Part shown: in pieces, positions 47,041 through 62,077 of the stretch
How positions within the stretch are numbered: the first letter of the stretch is position 1
Layout: each line of letters begins with the position of its first letter
Assembly: GCA_964035545.1 (NCBI GenBank)
Contig: OZ037768.1
Span: forward strand, 9,394,741-9,458,740
Direction: 5' to 3'
Source: Bugula neritina
Taxonomy: Eukaryota > Animalia > Bryozoa
Length of the DNA stretch: 64,000 bases
Notes under the pieces: model-generated
What the model was told of the DNA's origin: nothing
The model's input: the letters and a program-made list of their open reading frames with translations, nothing else
Databases searched by the model: none
Made by a program: the position numbers and the translations under genes

Positions 47041-47882
47041 TGTAATGTTACGAAATAGGATGTTTACAGATATTATAACTTGTAGTACAATCACACACAA
47101 TCACAATGTCATTAACCTCAAATTAGCCTAACCACTAGCTGCTAGTAGTCTACCTAATGCTTCTTTAATCACTACCCCAAAACAGTAGCTACGCATGTAG
47201 AATGATTCATAGTCAGCAGCTATGCTTGCATCAGCTGTGATGTCACACGATGCTTGTTTACTTCAGCCCACTTCTTGAAACAGTAAGATCCTACCCCAAA
47301 ATAGTAAATTGTAAAATCATACCTCTTACAACACAATAATGTTTATCAAATGGATTAGTATATAAGACAAAATCATTTTTAGTAGTTGCAATATTGTTAG
47401 AGTCATGCTGTCAGTTTGGACAGCATCAAATTTATGTAAGACTACTAAAGAGTAGCATTATTTGAAAGACTGTGCAAAGCCACAGCATTAACATAACAGT
47501 AGACTAGGAGAGAGAGAAAAGAGGTAATGAACATCTATTTACAATTATATATCGTTATTACATTTTTATGTTATAAAGTTTTTAATAATATGGGCTGTAG
47601 TTGCATGCTATGTTGAATCATTATTTCATGCTGCTATCTACAATTTATGATATACATTGCTAGTGCTTTTACATACATACTTATTATATTGCGTACATTT
47701 TGTTTGCCTTATGCCTTATGTTGTATCATTATTATTTTAGTTTTTACGGTCAGTGTTTGGTCAGTATTTGGTGACTCAAATAAACTCTGATCACGTCTAA
47801 AACCCTCCCTATTCCTAGTCAGGCTGTATAAGCTAGAGTGTCACTCTAAAGCAAGAGTCATAGCAAAGAGTGTCATTCTATA
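47041..47882 (+). repeat. 3' LTR (842 bp, retains 217-bp GT-AG segment 47524-47740)
   Basis: Matches the 5' LTR apart from about 4 substitutions seen by eye and the 217-bp segment (842-217=625). Confidence 0.93.
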
Positions 47883-48600
47883 ACTATAATAACAATTCTT
47901 ATTAGTACTACTACTAGGAGTAGTCTATTACTGCTACTATGACTATCAGTATCACTATGAGTATGAGTATTACAGTTAATATTACTGTCACATTTAGTTT
48001 ACTATTACTATTACTATTAGTATTACTAATTACTAATTAGAGTCAAAGTTTCTTACATACATCTCGGTCCCCTAGGCCTATCAGTATCACTATGAGTATG
48101 ACTATTACTATGACTATGTACAGCATGAGCATCAGCATGACAAATGATTAAATTTAATTATTTACCATGAATGATGAATCATAATCATGATGATCATCAC
48201 TATGACTGTCAGTATGACTATCACTATGAGTATGAGTATGAGTATCAGACATCAGATTCAATGACAATCATAATGATGATCATTTTCAATCTGATCATCA
48301 TCATTATCAGCATTATAAAGATAATCATTTAAAGTTAATGAACATCAATATCAATATGATAAAATTATTAATTAAATAAACCTAGTTAAACTTAAAACAA
48401 AACTGAAAGTAAAAGTGAGTTGTAATGCACTTGCAGGCCATTGTTGCTGTAGCTATAGTGATGTTCATGGTGCGAAAGTAAATTAAAGAGCTACAGCTAT
48501 ATTTGCTTTACACTGGGTAATCATTGTATTATCAGCAAGTCTAAGTACTAGAGTATTCATCATCATATTGATAACATGACAACTGAACATTACTGCGAAA
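47883..48600. repeat. (ANWNTN)n tract, promoter-proximal half (TMUB intron 1)
   Basis: ACTATG ACTATC AGTATC ACTATG AGTATG AGTATT (47936-47971); candidate minus-strand donor G|GTGGGT near 48634. Confidence 0.8.
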
Positions 48601-49426
48601 AAAACATTAGCTGTATCAGTTTCCAGAACCCACCCATTGCGATTAGTAAGCAAGACAACTCCGAGACTAAATTCTCAAAAGGTTGCGTTTTAGAGAATTG
48701 TCTTCCCTATGAAAAAACTTGAAGTTTTGGAACGTGGTGATTCTATGAGCAAAATATCACGTTCTACCAAAAATAAAACAGAAACAAAAAGCAAATGCCA
48801 CTAGTTGCAATCTTACTGCTTTTACAACCAGTTCATTACATGAATAAAAATAAGCAAGCCGGAATACTAGTTCACTGCAATATTTTACAGATGCAAGTGA
48901 TGTAGCCACTGTTTGAAATAATATTATATAGGTTATATGCAACATTTTTGGTTTGATAAAGATTTCTCTGAACGCACAATTCATTATTTATACACTTGTC
49001 TAAAATTAATAGCAAATTACAAATTTTTCGTCAGCTAAACAGAATATTCATCATGTGTGCCCTAATCCAATGATTATGTCACAACCATCGTCAATTAAGG
49101 GTCTATTTTTATAAAATGTTTCCCCGAAAAATTATTTTATCAATTAACAATGATGTGCTATGACGAAATATTTTTTCATATCCACAACATAATTCTGGAA
49201 AAGCTTTAATTATTTGTTTTCTATGAATTGTTTTAAAATGCAGCACTAAAAATATACTCATCAAAGCTATACTTGGCAAGCTTTATGAAATGTTTACTAT
49301 TTTACCATCTGTAGGGGATGCTATGTACATTTATAAACAAGCTAAAAATACAGATCCACTTTTATTATAAATAAAAAAACAATGTTTCTATAACTTGAAG
49401 TTCAAAAACATGATGTAGGAAATTTT

Positions 49427-49800
49427 ATTAGATTTTAGTAAGGTATTTGATGCAATCAATCATAATTTTTTATTAAAAAACTAAAAAATACTCAGCTTTT
49501 CAAATCACAGTATCAAACTAATCTGAAACTATCTGTTCAATCGTCAACAATCCCTTATCATCAATAACATTTATATTCTGATTTTATACTGATCACCTGT
49601 GGAGTACCACAGAGATATATACTTAGCCCCTAACTATTCTTAATATATATAAATGATCTACCAGATGTAACTACGCATTTAGAGCCTATATTATTTGCTG
49701 ATGGCACTAACCCTTCTTCAAATCAAAAGATTTACTAAGCAATATAGACACCATAAATTATAAATTAAAGAAAATTAAAATTTGGTGAAACACAAATTTA
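49427..49800 (+). mobile_element. Decayed CR1/L2-type LINE RT fragment
   Basis: LDFSKVFDAINHNFLLKKL, ITCGVPQRYILSP*LFLIYINDLP, LFADGTN. Confidence 0.85.
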
Positions 49801-50146
49801 AATTAACTGTTGGCATGAGCAAAACTAACTGATAAATTAAATAGCTCAAAACTGTTTAGAATCATGGGGTAATACAGCAAACATTTACCTTTAACCATTG
49901 CTCTTACTACTAAAGAAAATATTTAAAATTATGTATAAAAAGCGCTATCTTTTCATTCAAACTATTATTTATTGACTATTCAATCATGCCTATTCACACC
50001 CTTCACACATTCAAAGTGCCGGTGCTCGCACATAAGCTTTACTCTCAATCATCACATCTTATACATCTTATACTGTCAGGTTTTTCGAATTTAGCTTACA
50101 GACTGCTTCACCCACAACTGCAAGTCAATGTGAGATAAACAACTGT

Positions 50147-50250
50147 AAAACTTTTGCCTCCACTGGGATTCGAACCACAGACCTCAGGCTTGCAAGCAGG
50201 CGCGCTAACCAGTTACACTACAAGGGCCACAGGGTAAACACATCACTACA
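50147..50250 (-). mobile_element. tRNA-related SINE-like repeat, copy 2
   Basis: TAGTGTAACTGG (A box), GGTTCGAATCCC (B box), anticodon arm does not pair; homologous to 20961-21060. Confidence 0.65.
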
Positions 50251-53200
50251 CCAACAAATTTAATTCATGCTGTGGAGAGGGAGGAGGTGGTTTCAAATGA
50301 GAACTGAGGAGCTTCTGAATACAGCAAATCTAAACTGCTAAAATAAAACTAAAACTTTTGGACTATTGAAATTAAACCCATTTAGTATAGTTTTTTTATC
50401 GACTTTTGACCATTCATAGTTTGTTCGCCTCGACTAGCTGCGGTGCTATTGCGCCATACGGCCTTGTCATTAATATTTTTCTTTTTCAGTTACATGTATT
50501 TTTTCACTTTTGACTAAATGTAACAAAACATTTCACCAAAATGTGAGATTGATTTATAATGAAATTTGTAAAAAAAACAGCTGTGCAATAATTATGTTTT
50601 CATTCTATTAGAAAAAAATTATTTGTTAGCAAAATAATTATAACAAGTATATGTAGCATTATACTAACATACCACATTAGAATATTTATTTTACTATGTA
50701 ATGCATGAAATGTCTGAAGCATCTATCTATTGTATGGTAATTATTTTATGCATGGGAACTAAATAGAGCAGCTATTTTGCATTGTTTAAATTCAATAAAA
50801 GTAATGAATACTATATTACTATAAAAGCAGTAACTTAGGTCTTCATGTTTTTGTGATGCATTTATTTCCAAATGTGGTGGTAACATTCAAAGTTAATTAG
50901 GCGGATGCCATATTAATATTAAACAGAGCTTATCTAAAAATTAATTACTTGCTTTTTGTACTATTTTTTTCTTGTTCTCAAATATTCTCAATGCTTTTCT
51001 AGATGAACTTTCTTCACTATCAAACTTTAATCTTTTTTCATCGAAGCGCTTCCAACTTTTAAAAAGTTGTCTTCTCAAATTTAACAGCTAAGACTTGCAT
51101 AATATTAATTATTTGTTATATGTGGCAGTAATGTTGTGCTTAATTTTAAAGTTTATATCTCTTGAGCTTATTTTGTTAATAAATAAACATAAATACCTCT
51201 ATGTGATTTATCCATACACGAAATTTCGACTTTCATATTATCATGCATTGAAAAGGCAATAAACCGATATCAGTGTTGAATCCTTATAAGCAGAATAGCA
51301 TCATGTTACAGCATTTGTATTGTGTTAAAGTTAATTAATTTTAAAACATACTTTACTAAACCATGCATACTTGACCTAAAGAAGAATTAATTGGAGAGCA
51401 TTCTTAGCAAATGTTTGATTGGAGAGTAAAAAGCATGTCTTTGACACAATACTGCATGTACATATCTTTTCAATAATTCTACAATATTGTGTTTCTATCC
51501 TTAACATTAATTATATTAAAATTAATTATGGGTAATAAAACTATCATAATAATGGAGCAGTGATATGCAGCATAATAGTTCTTACTTTCTAATGATTTCT
51601 AATCAAAGTAATATACTGAGAAATAAATAAATCCAATTAAATCAAACTGATAGAGTACCTATATCATTTGTAGGCACGGGTTCTATCATACTAAGACTGT
51701 TATATTACATAAAATTACAACTTGTTCTCTATAGATTATAGTTATTTATGCTATACACACTATCTCATAATAACTTAAATCTATTTTTTGCAAGTCTGAA
51801 ACTTGTTTTAGGACATAATTTATTGTTTTTTCTCCTTTTTTGCAATGTGAGTTAAAAAGCTTTACTTAATGCTAATTACTTTGTCATCTAATTGTACATT
51901 TTATCAGATTGTAAAATTTTATAACTGTTCAAAAAATTTTGTAGTTTTGCAGTACTAAAACCTCCAACACTGTAATTTATGAAATTTAATAAACCATATC
52001 TAGTTTAGCACTTGTTGGCATAACAAGACGATGGTATTAACTATTGATGCCAAATCAAAATTTATAATTTTTTTCCAACCTGCTAGCTTGGTGACAGCAA
52101 GAATATTATACATTTGACGTATGAAACACCAAGACTAGGGCACAGAGCCATAACATTTCACTAGTATCATAAATTACACAGCTATATGTCAATAAAAATA
52201 TCAAACTGCGTATGCAAGCAACTGCATGTAATAGGTTTTTAATATGGTCTAGGTAAGCACCATTATTTCTCCATTGTAACTTTCATTTCCTCCTCCATAT
52301 CCAAAGTCATTATTGATATGTTCCAGCAACTTGAAATAAATGTAAAGGATTAGTTATGTTCAAATGCTCCTAGCACAATTTTCTACAAACATAGTTTTTA
52401 TTAAAAAACTCCTAAAATTTTTTTCTACTGATTTTGCTGTTAAAAACCTAGTCCCTATATTAGCAAATGATCTACTAAACCATTCATGTTGTAGCAAAAG
52501 ATTGACTATCTCAATATGATCAGGTATAAATTTATTACTATGATAAATCATATGGCTTAATGAAGTATAAAAAATCATATTTATAAAGGTTTTATGCTCA
52601 ACATTATAATACTCAGCTGTTTTATTGTAATTATATTATATAGTATTTAGTGTTTCAACTCTGTTGTTAGACTGATAGCCTTCTGGTGTACTATATAATA
52701 ATATTTAAATAATAATATTGTCTAGATTTAGCACTATTTTGTTATAGATCACAAGAACCTAACTGTATTGTTGCTAGTAGAAATAACAACTTACGAAAGT
52801 GCATAGTGCAGTTTATAATGGTCTGTACATAATGCTTAGACACAATAATTATTTCACACTTATTCAATTAGCAACCAGGTGTTAGTAACAGCTCTCGTGG
52901 CACACTCACTCTCACAGACTCATGTTTTTTTCATCACTATTCGAATATTCATTGTTGTTTCTTATGATCAGACAAGGCACTACCATGTATGGTGATATCG
53001 GTCAGGTTGGCTGTGTTTTCTTCATGTGGTGCAATGTTGAACATTGTAAATATTGGTGACACTCAAAAATATTGAACTTGCAGCAACAGCAAGACGGGAA
53101 GCAAAAAGACAAAAACTATTTTAAAATATTTTATATTTAGCTTGATTTATGTTTCGATAATTATTTTGCCTATAATATGGAAAGTAAAAGAAAATATATC

Positions 53201-56200
53201 GTTTTTTGGAACGTGTAAATTGTTAATATGCATGTATAATACCATATTCTGCCAAGCATACCTAGAGCATTTATAGAGCATAATTGCTATCTGCTTTTAT
53301 AGTATGGCAAAATATATAAAAATATATTTAAAGGACAAATGAGGCGATTAGGTGGCTATACTATAATAACTACAATATTTATGATTACATATTTTATTAC
53401 AGCACTTTTTTCTTCTATGTTGGTGTCTGTTTAGCACTTAGTAAATCCTACTACTGTATTGTGCTTACTTTTTTTTATAAATGGAGAAAAAGGTTAGATC
53501 TATAGGTACTTAAAAAGTTGTTATATTAGCACTAATTACTAAAAATGAAAACATTATAAACTCAACTAATGACTATCTAATTATCTAAGTCAAGTATATC
53601 ATATATAGTTATAACTATATAATTTTATATAACCATATAGCTTCATATGGTTTAAAAATAAAAGTTTTGATTAAAGGAATTATTATAGAGAATCATATTA
53701 TACAGATCAATTTTCAATATATTCAAACTTCATTAATTCATTATAAAGTTGCATATATACATATAATTTTCAAGTTATTTGGAAAATTAAAGAACGTGTT
53801 GAAAGCTATTGAAGCTATGTTTCAAATTTAGGTCTGTCGAAAGCATATCTCTTTTTAGATATACAAACTAACTTTCTAAGATCAGACCAACAAATACAGC
53901 AAGCAGATGCCATTTCAATACTTTTGAATCATAAAACAGTTAAGGTAATTGAATTGCCACTAGCTAAATAAACAATACTTGACCTGCAATCAATTAACAT
54001 TACACTAACAATGCTCTGCAACAAAAGCAGATTGACGCAGAATAAGTTGGTGAAGTTGCCCCTAGCTGTACCATCCCTATCATTATAGCATTAATCAAGA
54101 TGAATATTATAGCTCACAGTGTGTTATGAACAGATGTTACTGACGGGTGTGTTACACCATTCTACCTCCGTCATAAACATCATATCCACTTCCAATTTTC
54201 ATTTCTTGACATATTTTGAGAATTTCATTGCTACATAAGGAAGTATACTGGATAGTATTAAACTTATATACTTTATATAAATGCAATAATAATTTTATGC
54301 TACACAATATAGCAGATATGTATTTGACTTTAATCCAAGCCAATAAATTGCTTATAGCTAGTTAATGTCTAAAACTATCAACTCTTTTACAAGTGAACTG
54401 TATTATTGAAAAGCTCTGGCTCTAAAATACACAGTAAGATTAAAAAATAATTTTATTGATCAAGTAGTATAAGTTAAACAATGAATAGTTCTCACGTCAT
54501 TGCAGAGAAATCCTATCAGCCTGCGAAGCTGAAAACTTAAAGCTTTAAATTCCCACTAAAAATTACATTAAACAAAATGTAGCAACGTTTTAGTGTGGTG
54601 CTTAAACTAAATGATTTCTATGTTTGAATCTTTTATAGCACCCTTTTGTGATTATCTGGTATACACAATATTTTATAATTGCTGTATTGTAGCGTTGCTA
54701 TAATTTCTATGTCTATACTGAATTCTTTTGCGTAGTCAAAACTCTAAAGGTCAGTAAATTCCTTGATTCTTTATATGCAAATACTTTTTGAGCCACTAAT
54801 CTAAATATAACGTGTTTTAATAGACATGGGTTAATGTTTTTTAAAATACTGACAATCATTGATATGACGTTACAAAGGTTGACACTACTTTCTTATTCTT
54901 GTTTTTGGAATCAATGTTTAATTGTCTGATGTACACTAATGTCTATCAAGAAAAGATTAAAAAGAAATTGATTCATTTTGTGTATACAGTAGAGTGCAGG
55001 TATTTTGGGCCACTTGCCCATTAAATGGTACCCAAGAAGACCTAATAGCTAGAGCACATGTATTACACAGTACCAAATATTCATTGATACCCGAATATAC
55101 TAAGGCTATTAGTAACTTCAAGCAGAAGTTCTAATCAATCTTTATACTATTACCTATTTCCACAGACTCGTTTAGAAAGTTGATATATTCTTTTACTAGC
55201 TACATTATTTATTGACCCAGTTGTTGTCCCTGATCACGCACAGATAAACACAACAGTTGGTCAATTCATAAAGTATACACAACATCTCAAAGCTAGATAA
55301 CTTTAGCATTTTCATATGAGTAAAGTTTTTCTTAAACTTGCTTCTTCTAGTTTTACACATAATAGTTTTTGCACCGTTGCATAGCATGGTTATTTCTATA
55401 TTAGTAAAACTAACTAAACTTAGACAAATTCAATTGCTTTTCAGTATAATCCCAATTTTTTGTACTAGCCATGCATTTAATGAAACAGTACTTTTCACTA
55501 GCCTTAGCTGATTCATAGGATATCTGCAGGTGTACAGGAATAGTCACAGCCAAATTTTAAAATATTAATTACTAAGATAATCTTGCAGCATTACATGAAT
55601 ATGCTTCAAATATTTGTAAACATGTAAATGTGTCAATTTGTCATATGTGTCATTCTTATACGAATTTTACATGAATTATAAAACTTTTTCTTGTGTTACA
55701 AGCGCTTGATATGACTAGTGTCAAAGAATTAATTTAGATATGAAATTGCTTAAGCCTTAAAGTAATTTCATAAGTCGTGATAAATACTGTGATGTAAATG
55801 AATATTATTTTAAGTTATTACAGAGATGTTATAGCATTGTCGAGAGTTTCCAATAAATTAATTTCTTTCCTTCAATTTTTATCCTGATAAACAATGCAAA
55901 CAAATTGTCTAAGCCCTAAAGCCTAAGCCATAAATTCAAAATGCTTTTGCATATCTATATTATTTATTAAGTTGCAACTGCTGATGAACTATTTAAAGGG
56001 TAAAATATTGTATAATAGGAGAAAGGTCTAATAAGGATAATAAAAAATTGTATGCTCTAATACTCGTATATTTTCAAAGGAGTTTTTAAAATTTTGATAA
56101 GCTGCATTACAAATCTATAATGAATTTAATTTCTCGAAATGATTTTGTACAACAGATAATTTGAAAAATAGCATAGTCACAAAATGTATTCTTATTATAG

Positions 56201-57866
56201 GCACTGTTTGCAAAAAAGATAATAACTTTTAAATCTTATTATTATGTAATAATACAAAAATAATGCTATAAATAAATAATACATCTGCAGTATAAATGTG
56301 TCAGGTGTAATCACATCTGTACACCCCAATGCAAGGCATCAAAGTATAAGACAATCAAGGAATTCAGGCTTATCTTGATAACCACATTAATGTAGTAACC
56401 TCTATAGTCTATACAGACTAAACATCATCTCCAGATTGGAGCAGATATTTCAGAGAGCATATAATGGATGTGTTCAGCTGTAGCGAAAATAAAGAGCTAC
56501 ACCACATCTGGAAGAATATAATACTGTGCTTTATTATGGCGTTTTTCTGCTTTATTGTTTTGTAGAAACATTTTTTATTTATACATTTCATTTATCAGGT
56601 GCAGAAAGAGCATCTTCCAAGTATTATCATAAAGTTGAATCATTTAGAGCGAAGCTTGCATTCACGTATTTGTGTATATATTAAAAATGAAAATGTTGTC
56701 ATTTGGTAATCAACTTATTTTTTTTGTCTGTTTTTCTTTTTTCACACAACAATGATGACCTCAGGAAAACCAGAAGGAGTGATTGCAAATTTGTTTTCAT
56801 TTTTGTACAAATGCGTTTTGGATGGACGGACCAAACATGTTTTAGCTGCCAGACAAGTGAAAGTTGAAAACTTGTGGTTGTTCTTTATACCTGCAGTAAC
56901 TAGCCGCAATAATACTTTAATATTATAGTTTTGTAGATCTCATTCAATGAGCTTTGCAGCTTACAAGTTTTTGCTAACATAAACTAAACAAATAATAGTG
57001 ATAAATTTTTTCTACAAAATTTTACTTTGCTATTGAAATTCAATTTGTTAAGATTTTTGGTTATTTTTGTAGTATTTTAAACCATATTATATTACAATAC
57101 AGGTATGAGTATGAGATACCAGGTAAGAGGTGGTTGCATGTATTATTTAGATGAATTCTAAATATTGTATATTATACCTCAGTATGTTAAACATTTGGTT
57201 TGCATTGATTTAATGTATAATTGAACTGGTAATTTAGATTTACATTAAAACGATCAGTTTTTATCTATTCCAAAGAAGTAAAATAACATGATTTTGCAGC
57301 TTATATAAGAATGTTTACTCGCATATAGCATATTAAACAGCAAGTTAATATAAGGCATTTGCTATAATTGTCAAATATAATAAACTTGATTGAACATGCT
57401 CTTTTAATATATACTAAAACATTGTAGTAGTATGAAAATATCAGGCAGTTTCTAAAGTACAACATTGTATTGATATTGGTGGAACACATTTTATCTTTTG
57501 GAGTTGCTTTTTCTCTGTGGCTAATGAATGAATGCTTATGAGCAAATCTTATCATAGCATTTTATTCAACTCATAATGTTTTTGTTAATTTCTTTGAGTA
57601 GATTCTAGAAAATCTATGCTTGTTGATGTTCTTTTTCATAGTATAATTAGCAGAGGGAAACCTGATTAATTTTCTAATTATTATTTTTCTATAGCTAAAA
57701 CATAACTCATAATTTTTAGATCTACATCAATTTTAAAGCAATCAGCAAAATAATTAGGCTTGTTAGAAGAACTCATTTATGTAGAAAATGTGCATTATTA
57801 GTATCAATATCTCATTATAGGCATACTAGCATGTATATTATATACTGGCAGGGGTATTATATACAA

Positions 57867-58284
<418 letters not shown>

Positions 58285-61200
58285 ATGTTGGCAAAACTTA
58301 GTGAATATTACATCTCAAAGCACTATCACTATAATCAATTGCACCATAATATATTTTTACACTAGCATTTGATACAAACTCAATAAAAAATTAATATAAT
58401 TTTTCCCTATCATACCTATGCACTGTCAATGGTGTATATATAGCATAGCAAGTTATTCATGAAAATATACTCAATGTAAACAATGTAACCTTCAAAACTT
58501 GCTTTCTTATTATAAGGCATAAATTAATTATTTCTTGCTGTACAATTCACATCAATTTTGTTTGAATAGCACCGAAGCTAAAAATATATTATATAAGTCA
58601 AGTATGGCTGTCTAAATACTGTAGTCATCTCAGCAAGGCTACATGTTACGGTCTTCTTACCATTTCTTTCTTGCATGGGAGTCTAAAGCCTGCACAAGAC
58701 TACAAACTGGTTGTGAGAAACAAGCTGTAAAAGGAATTATTCTAAAACACCTGGCAGATTGTCGTAAGTGTAAAAACACCATGGAGATATTTCATACATG
58801 TAGCTATAGCAATCACTTAGTAGATTATCTTGCACTTCATTGTATTATTATGACAATTACGTAAGATTTACTATATTTCCAGATGTTGAATTTCATGACC
58901 AAATATGAATCGGTTCAATAGACTTTTCACATGGTATCAAAGAGCAGGCTTCCAGCTCCTTTAAAAAGTTAGGTTACCAAATCACTTGTGCCAAGTATTT
59001 TTTGATAATGACTAGAAACTTTGCTACTTTGTGTATATCATGACCATTTAAAACATGAACACCTTAAATTAAGGACATTGCTAGCAAATACAAAAAAATT
59101 AATGCAAATTATATAGTTTAATTAATGGGTTCATACAACAAAGCTTTTGGATGGTCATGTCCACTCCTGATTGGATCGAGGAAATGTTTGTTTTTGATGT
59201 GCTTTAACAAAGGAGTTTAAAATATTCTGCATTGTAATGGTTTTTCATTTGCATCCTGCTGATACTTCATCCACTGCACTGTTGGTTGAAGATTTCAAAC
59301 ATTGCCTTCCTGTACAAGAAGGGAAAGATAGCGGAATGTGTCAGAAAAGATCATGTGGTCAACTGAAATGACATTCATACTTATTGATTAACCTAAACAG
59401 TTATACATTACCTTTCAATCTCTGGCACAAAAGATGATTATAGTAAAACAATATGTAATCGGAGAATGCATTGCTGCAGCTTTCCATTGTATCTTTACGT
59501 TTTGAATTTATTTATGTTGATTTAACAACTTTTGTCAATCAAAAGTAAAAAAAAACTAGAAGAAAATTTAACATTTTATGATTGTTTAAACTATAAGTTA
59601 TCATTGTAAAAATTGTATGACATAATAAAATGTGTTAGCCTTGCAGTAGAAACCTGGTTTTGACCTATCATATCAAAAACAATAATTTTTTTTTCATTAG
59701 CAATCGTCATATTTTGTTCACAAAGAGTATAGAGTTCAGCCTTGTTATTTTAACTATTTTGTTGGGGCAAAAATGAGATACTGTATAAATTTAAAATATA
59801 TTGGTTTCTTTCAAACTTGGAGTGCAGTTATTGCTATAAAAAGCTTGAAACGGTTGCAGCTCCTTTTCTTGTCTAATATTTATTTGATCTGGCTATCATG
59901 TAGCATAAATAAACATCACTCCTGATTGAACTGCAGGTATTTTGCCAATTTCAGTGCAGGTACTTATTATTGCAATATACACAAATATTATTCTAGATAT
60001 TTCAATCATTCATTCATTGACATGGGCAGATGTGAATGCAATATCTGTCTCAGACAAGAATGCCTTTTGCTAATTTTGTTTGTTAATATTTTGATTTCCT
60101 GATGGCAATCAAGCAGTTTTTCACTTGTTTAATTATAAACATGATAACAAAGACAGCCATTCTCTAAAACAGTAATAAGAGGTCCAGTTGTGTAGACTGA
60201 GTTGTTCATGAGCAGCAAGTGTATGATTAGGGAATTTTAATTTCAAAACTTGCAGACGGTCAGCTGTTGAGGTGCTTATAATAAACTGTTGAGCTAGCTG
60301 GTATAGGCACTAGGCACAACATCTATGGCCTATCAATAGTGTCATCCTTTATTTGACTATAATTGCTCAAACTCATTCATAACTTCATAATTGAACTATT
60401 TTTTCAACAAACTTAAGGTAACCTGAGTGATTAGTCATTAAGTTGTCAATGCCACGACCAACAAAGCAGTGCAACATTTAACCCTTAACCCAATATTGGT
60501 AGAGAGTAGTAGTTTTTATTGACACATCGCCTTCATTTGTCAAATTATGTCTGCATTACTGAAGTGCAATGAATAATTGTCTAGAGCAGCGCTTTGTTCC
60601 TTCAGTATAATTTCTCTTGTCATGCTGCTAGACAGTGTCACAGGCTGCTCTGAATTTTTTGCAGAAGCACTAGCTTATTTTAGCAAACAATAACAACTAA
60701 GTTCTAATGAAAATTGTAATGAATTGAGAAACATAACATCAAACTAGTTATTATTAAAGAGATAATTTATATTTTGGTATTTTGTAAAAAATGAGATTTA
60801 GACTTTTTTGTTGTTATACAGCTATTTGATTCTTATAGTTTCACAAAATGTTTTTATTGAATTACAAAACCCACAACCATATTTGTTGCTGTAAAGATTT
60901 TTTTTTATTTGCATTTGCATCTAATCACAAAACGTTTGAATTATAATCATCATGAGTATGGCTTGTTGTATATTTTCAACTAGATAGCCATGCTCAAAGA
61001 TGCACAAGTATCCAAGCATATGATTGGATAGTTTTACTCTACATTCATATCATTATTTAAAAAGGCATAAACCTGCACAGGTGCCTCACCTGGCCAGATA
61101 GATTCAGAATCACAATCAATTGCAAACAAGAAACACTGGTAGACTGTAATCCGTCTGTCTAGCATACGCTCATACTTATAGTCAATCAGGATTACCGCTA

Positions 61201-61518
61201 CATCTGCAGGAAATCAATATAACCTCCTGGAATATTGTATCTTTCCACATTCACCAAGTACACCTCCAACAACCAAGAGTGGATAGCGCAGATTTCAACT
61301 TTTATTTAAATCTCGTCTTTATTTTCAACATTTGGATCTTTTCTCAAGATTTACGAATGCTAAGCTGTTCGGTTTGGTATACAGTATATATTAGATTAAC
61401 AGTATTTTATTTAGTACATATTTGTGGAGAAAGTGCTGGCTAACCATTAACATGTTAGATATTATTTTACTGTTAGTAGTTTAATTGTTAGAGTTGAATT
61501 AATTCTTAACTTATTAGT

Positions 61519-62077
61519 ATGCTTGATTATCAAAATACATCCGAACAAATGACACATCAACACAACAGCATGATTTCGTATCAAAATACTCACTCTCAAC
61601 CTCACCCAAATCCTTCGGGTTCAGACTCTTATTACAACTATTCTGGTAACTCTTCAGCAACTGGAAGACAACCATTTTCCTTTAATACAGCACCCTTAGC
61701 AGCTCTGCATAGTATGACTGATATGAAGCCATCTCAGTCAATGAATTCTCCACCAGACTCGATTGTACCCGCTTACAATCCTACAGCTTACTATTCTATG
61801 AACGTTAAGCAATGTCTAGATGCAGCAGCCGCTACACCACATGGTATCTCTGATATTCTAAGTAGACCGGACTTACAGGCACAACTGCAAGCTCGACTAG
61901 GACAGGGGGTGTACTATAACAACAGTAGTTGCTCGCAGACCACTACGCAGCTCAGTCCGGCATCGTTACGCCACACGGGAAAGAATATCCCTTCTACAAG
62001 ATCTCTTTATCATTGGCCAAATAACAGTACAGTGTTACCTGCGGCCAGTCAAACCTCCCCTTGGCACAGTAAACATG
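61519..62077 (+). CDS. Nkx6: NK6 homeobox protein, first coding exon (homeodomain exons beyond the window)
   Basis: Nkx6 signature peptides PLAALHSMTDMK and ATPHGISDILSRP (eh1/TN motif); donor G|GTGAGT at 62077/62078. Confidence 0.88.

Larger units (their letters stand above)
42685..47882 (+). mobile_element. Bel/Pao LTR retrotransposon, internally deleted, antisense in the presumed TMUB 5'UTR intron
   Basis: LTRs 42685-43309 and 47041-47882; 5-bp TSD ACTAT (42680-42684, 47883-47887); polypurine tract AAAGGGGGGAG abutting 47041; gag-protease ORF; integrase C-terminal remnant. Confidence 0.95.

Noticed and set aside
50147-50250. Functional tRNA-Ala(TGC) gene (also 20961-21060)
   Set aside because: Anticodon and acceptor stems do not pair properly and the two copies are diverged; treated as a repeat.
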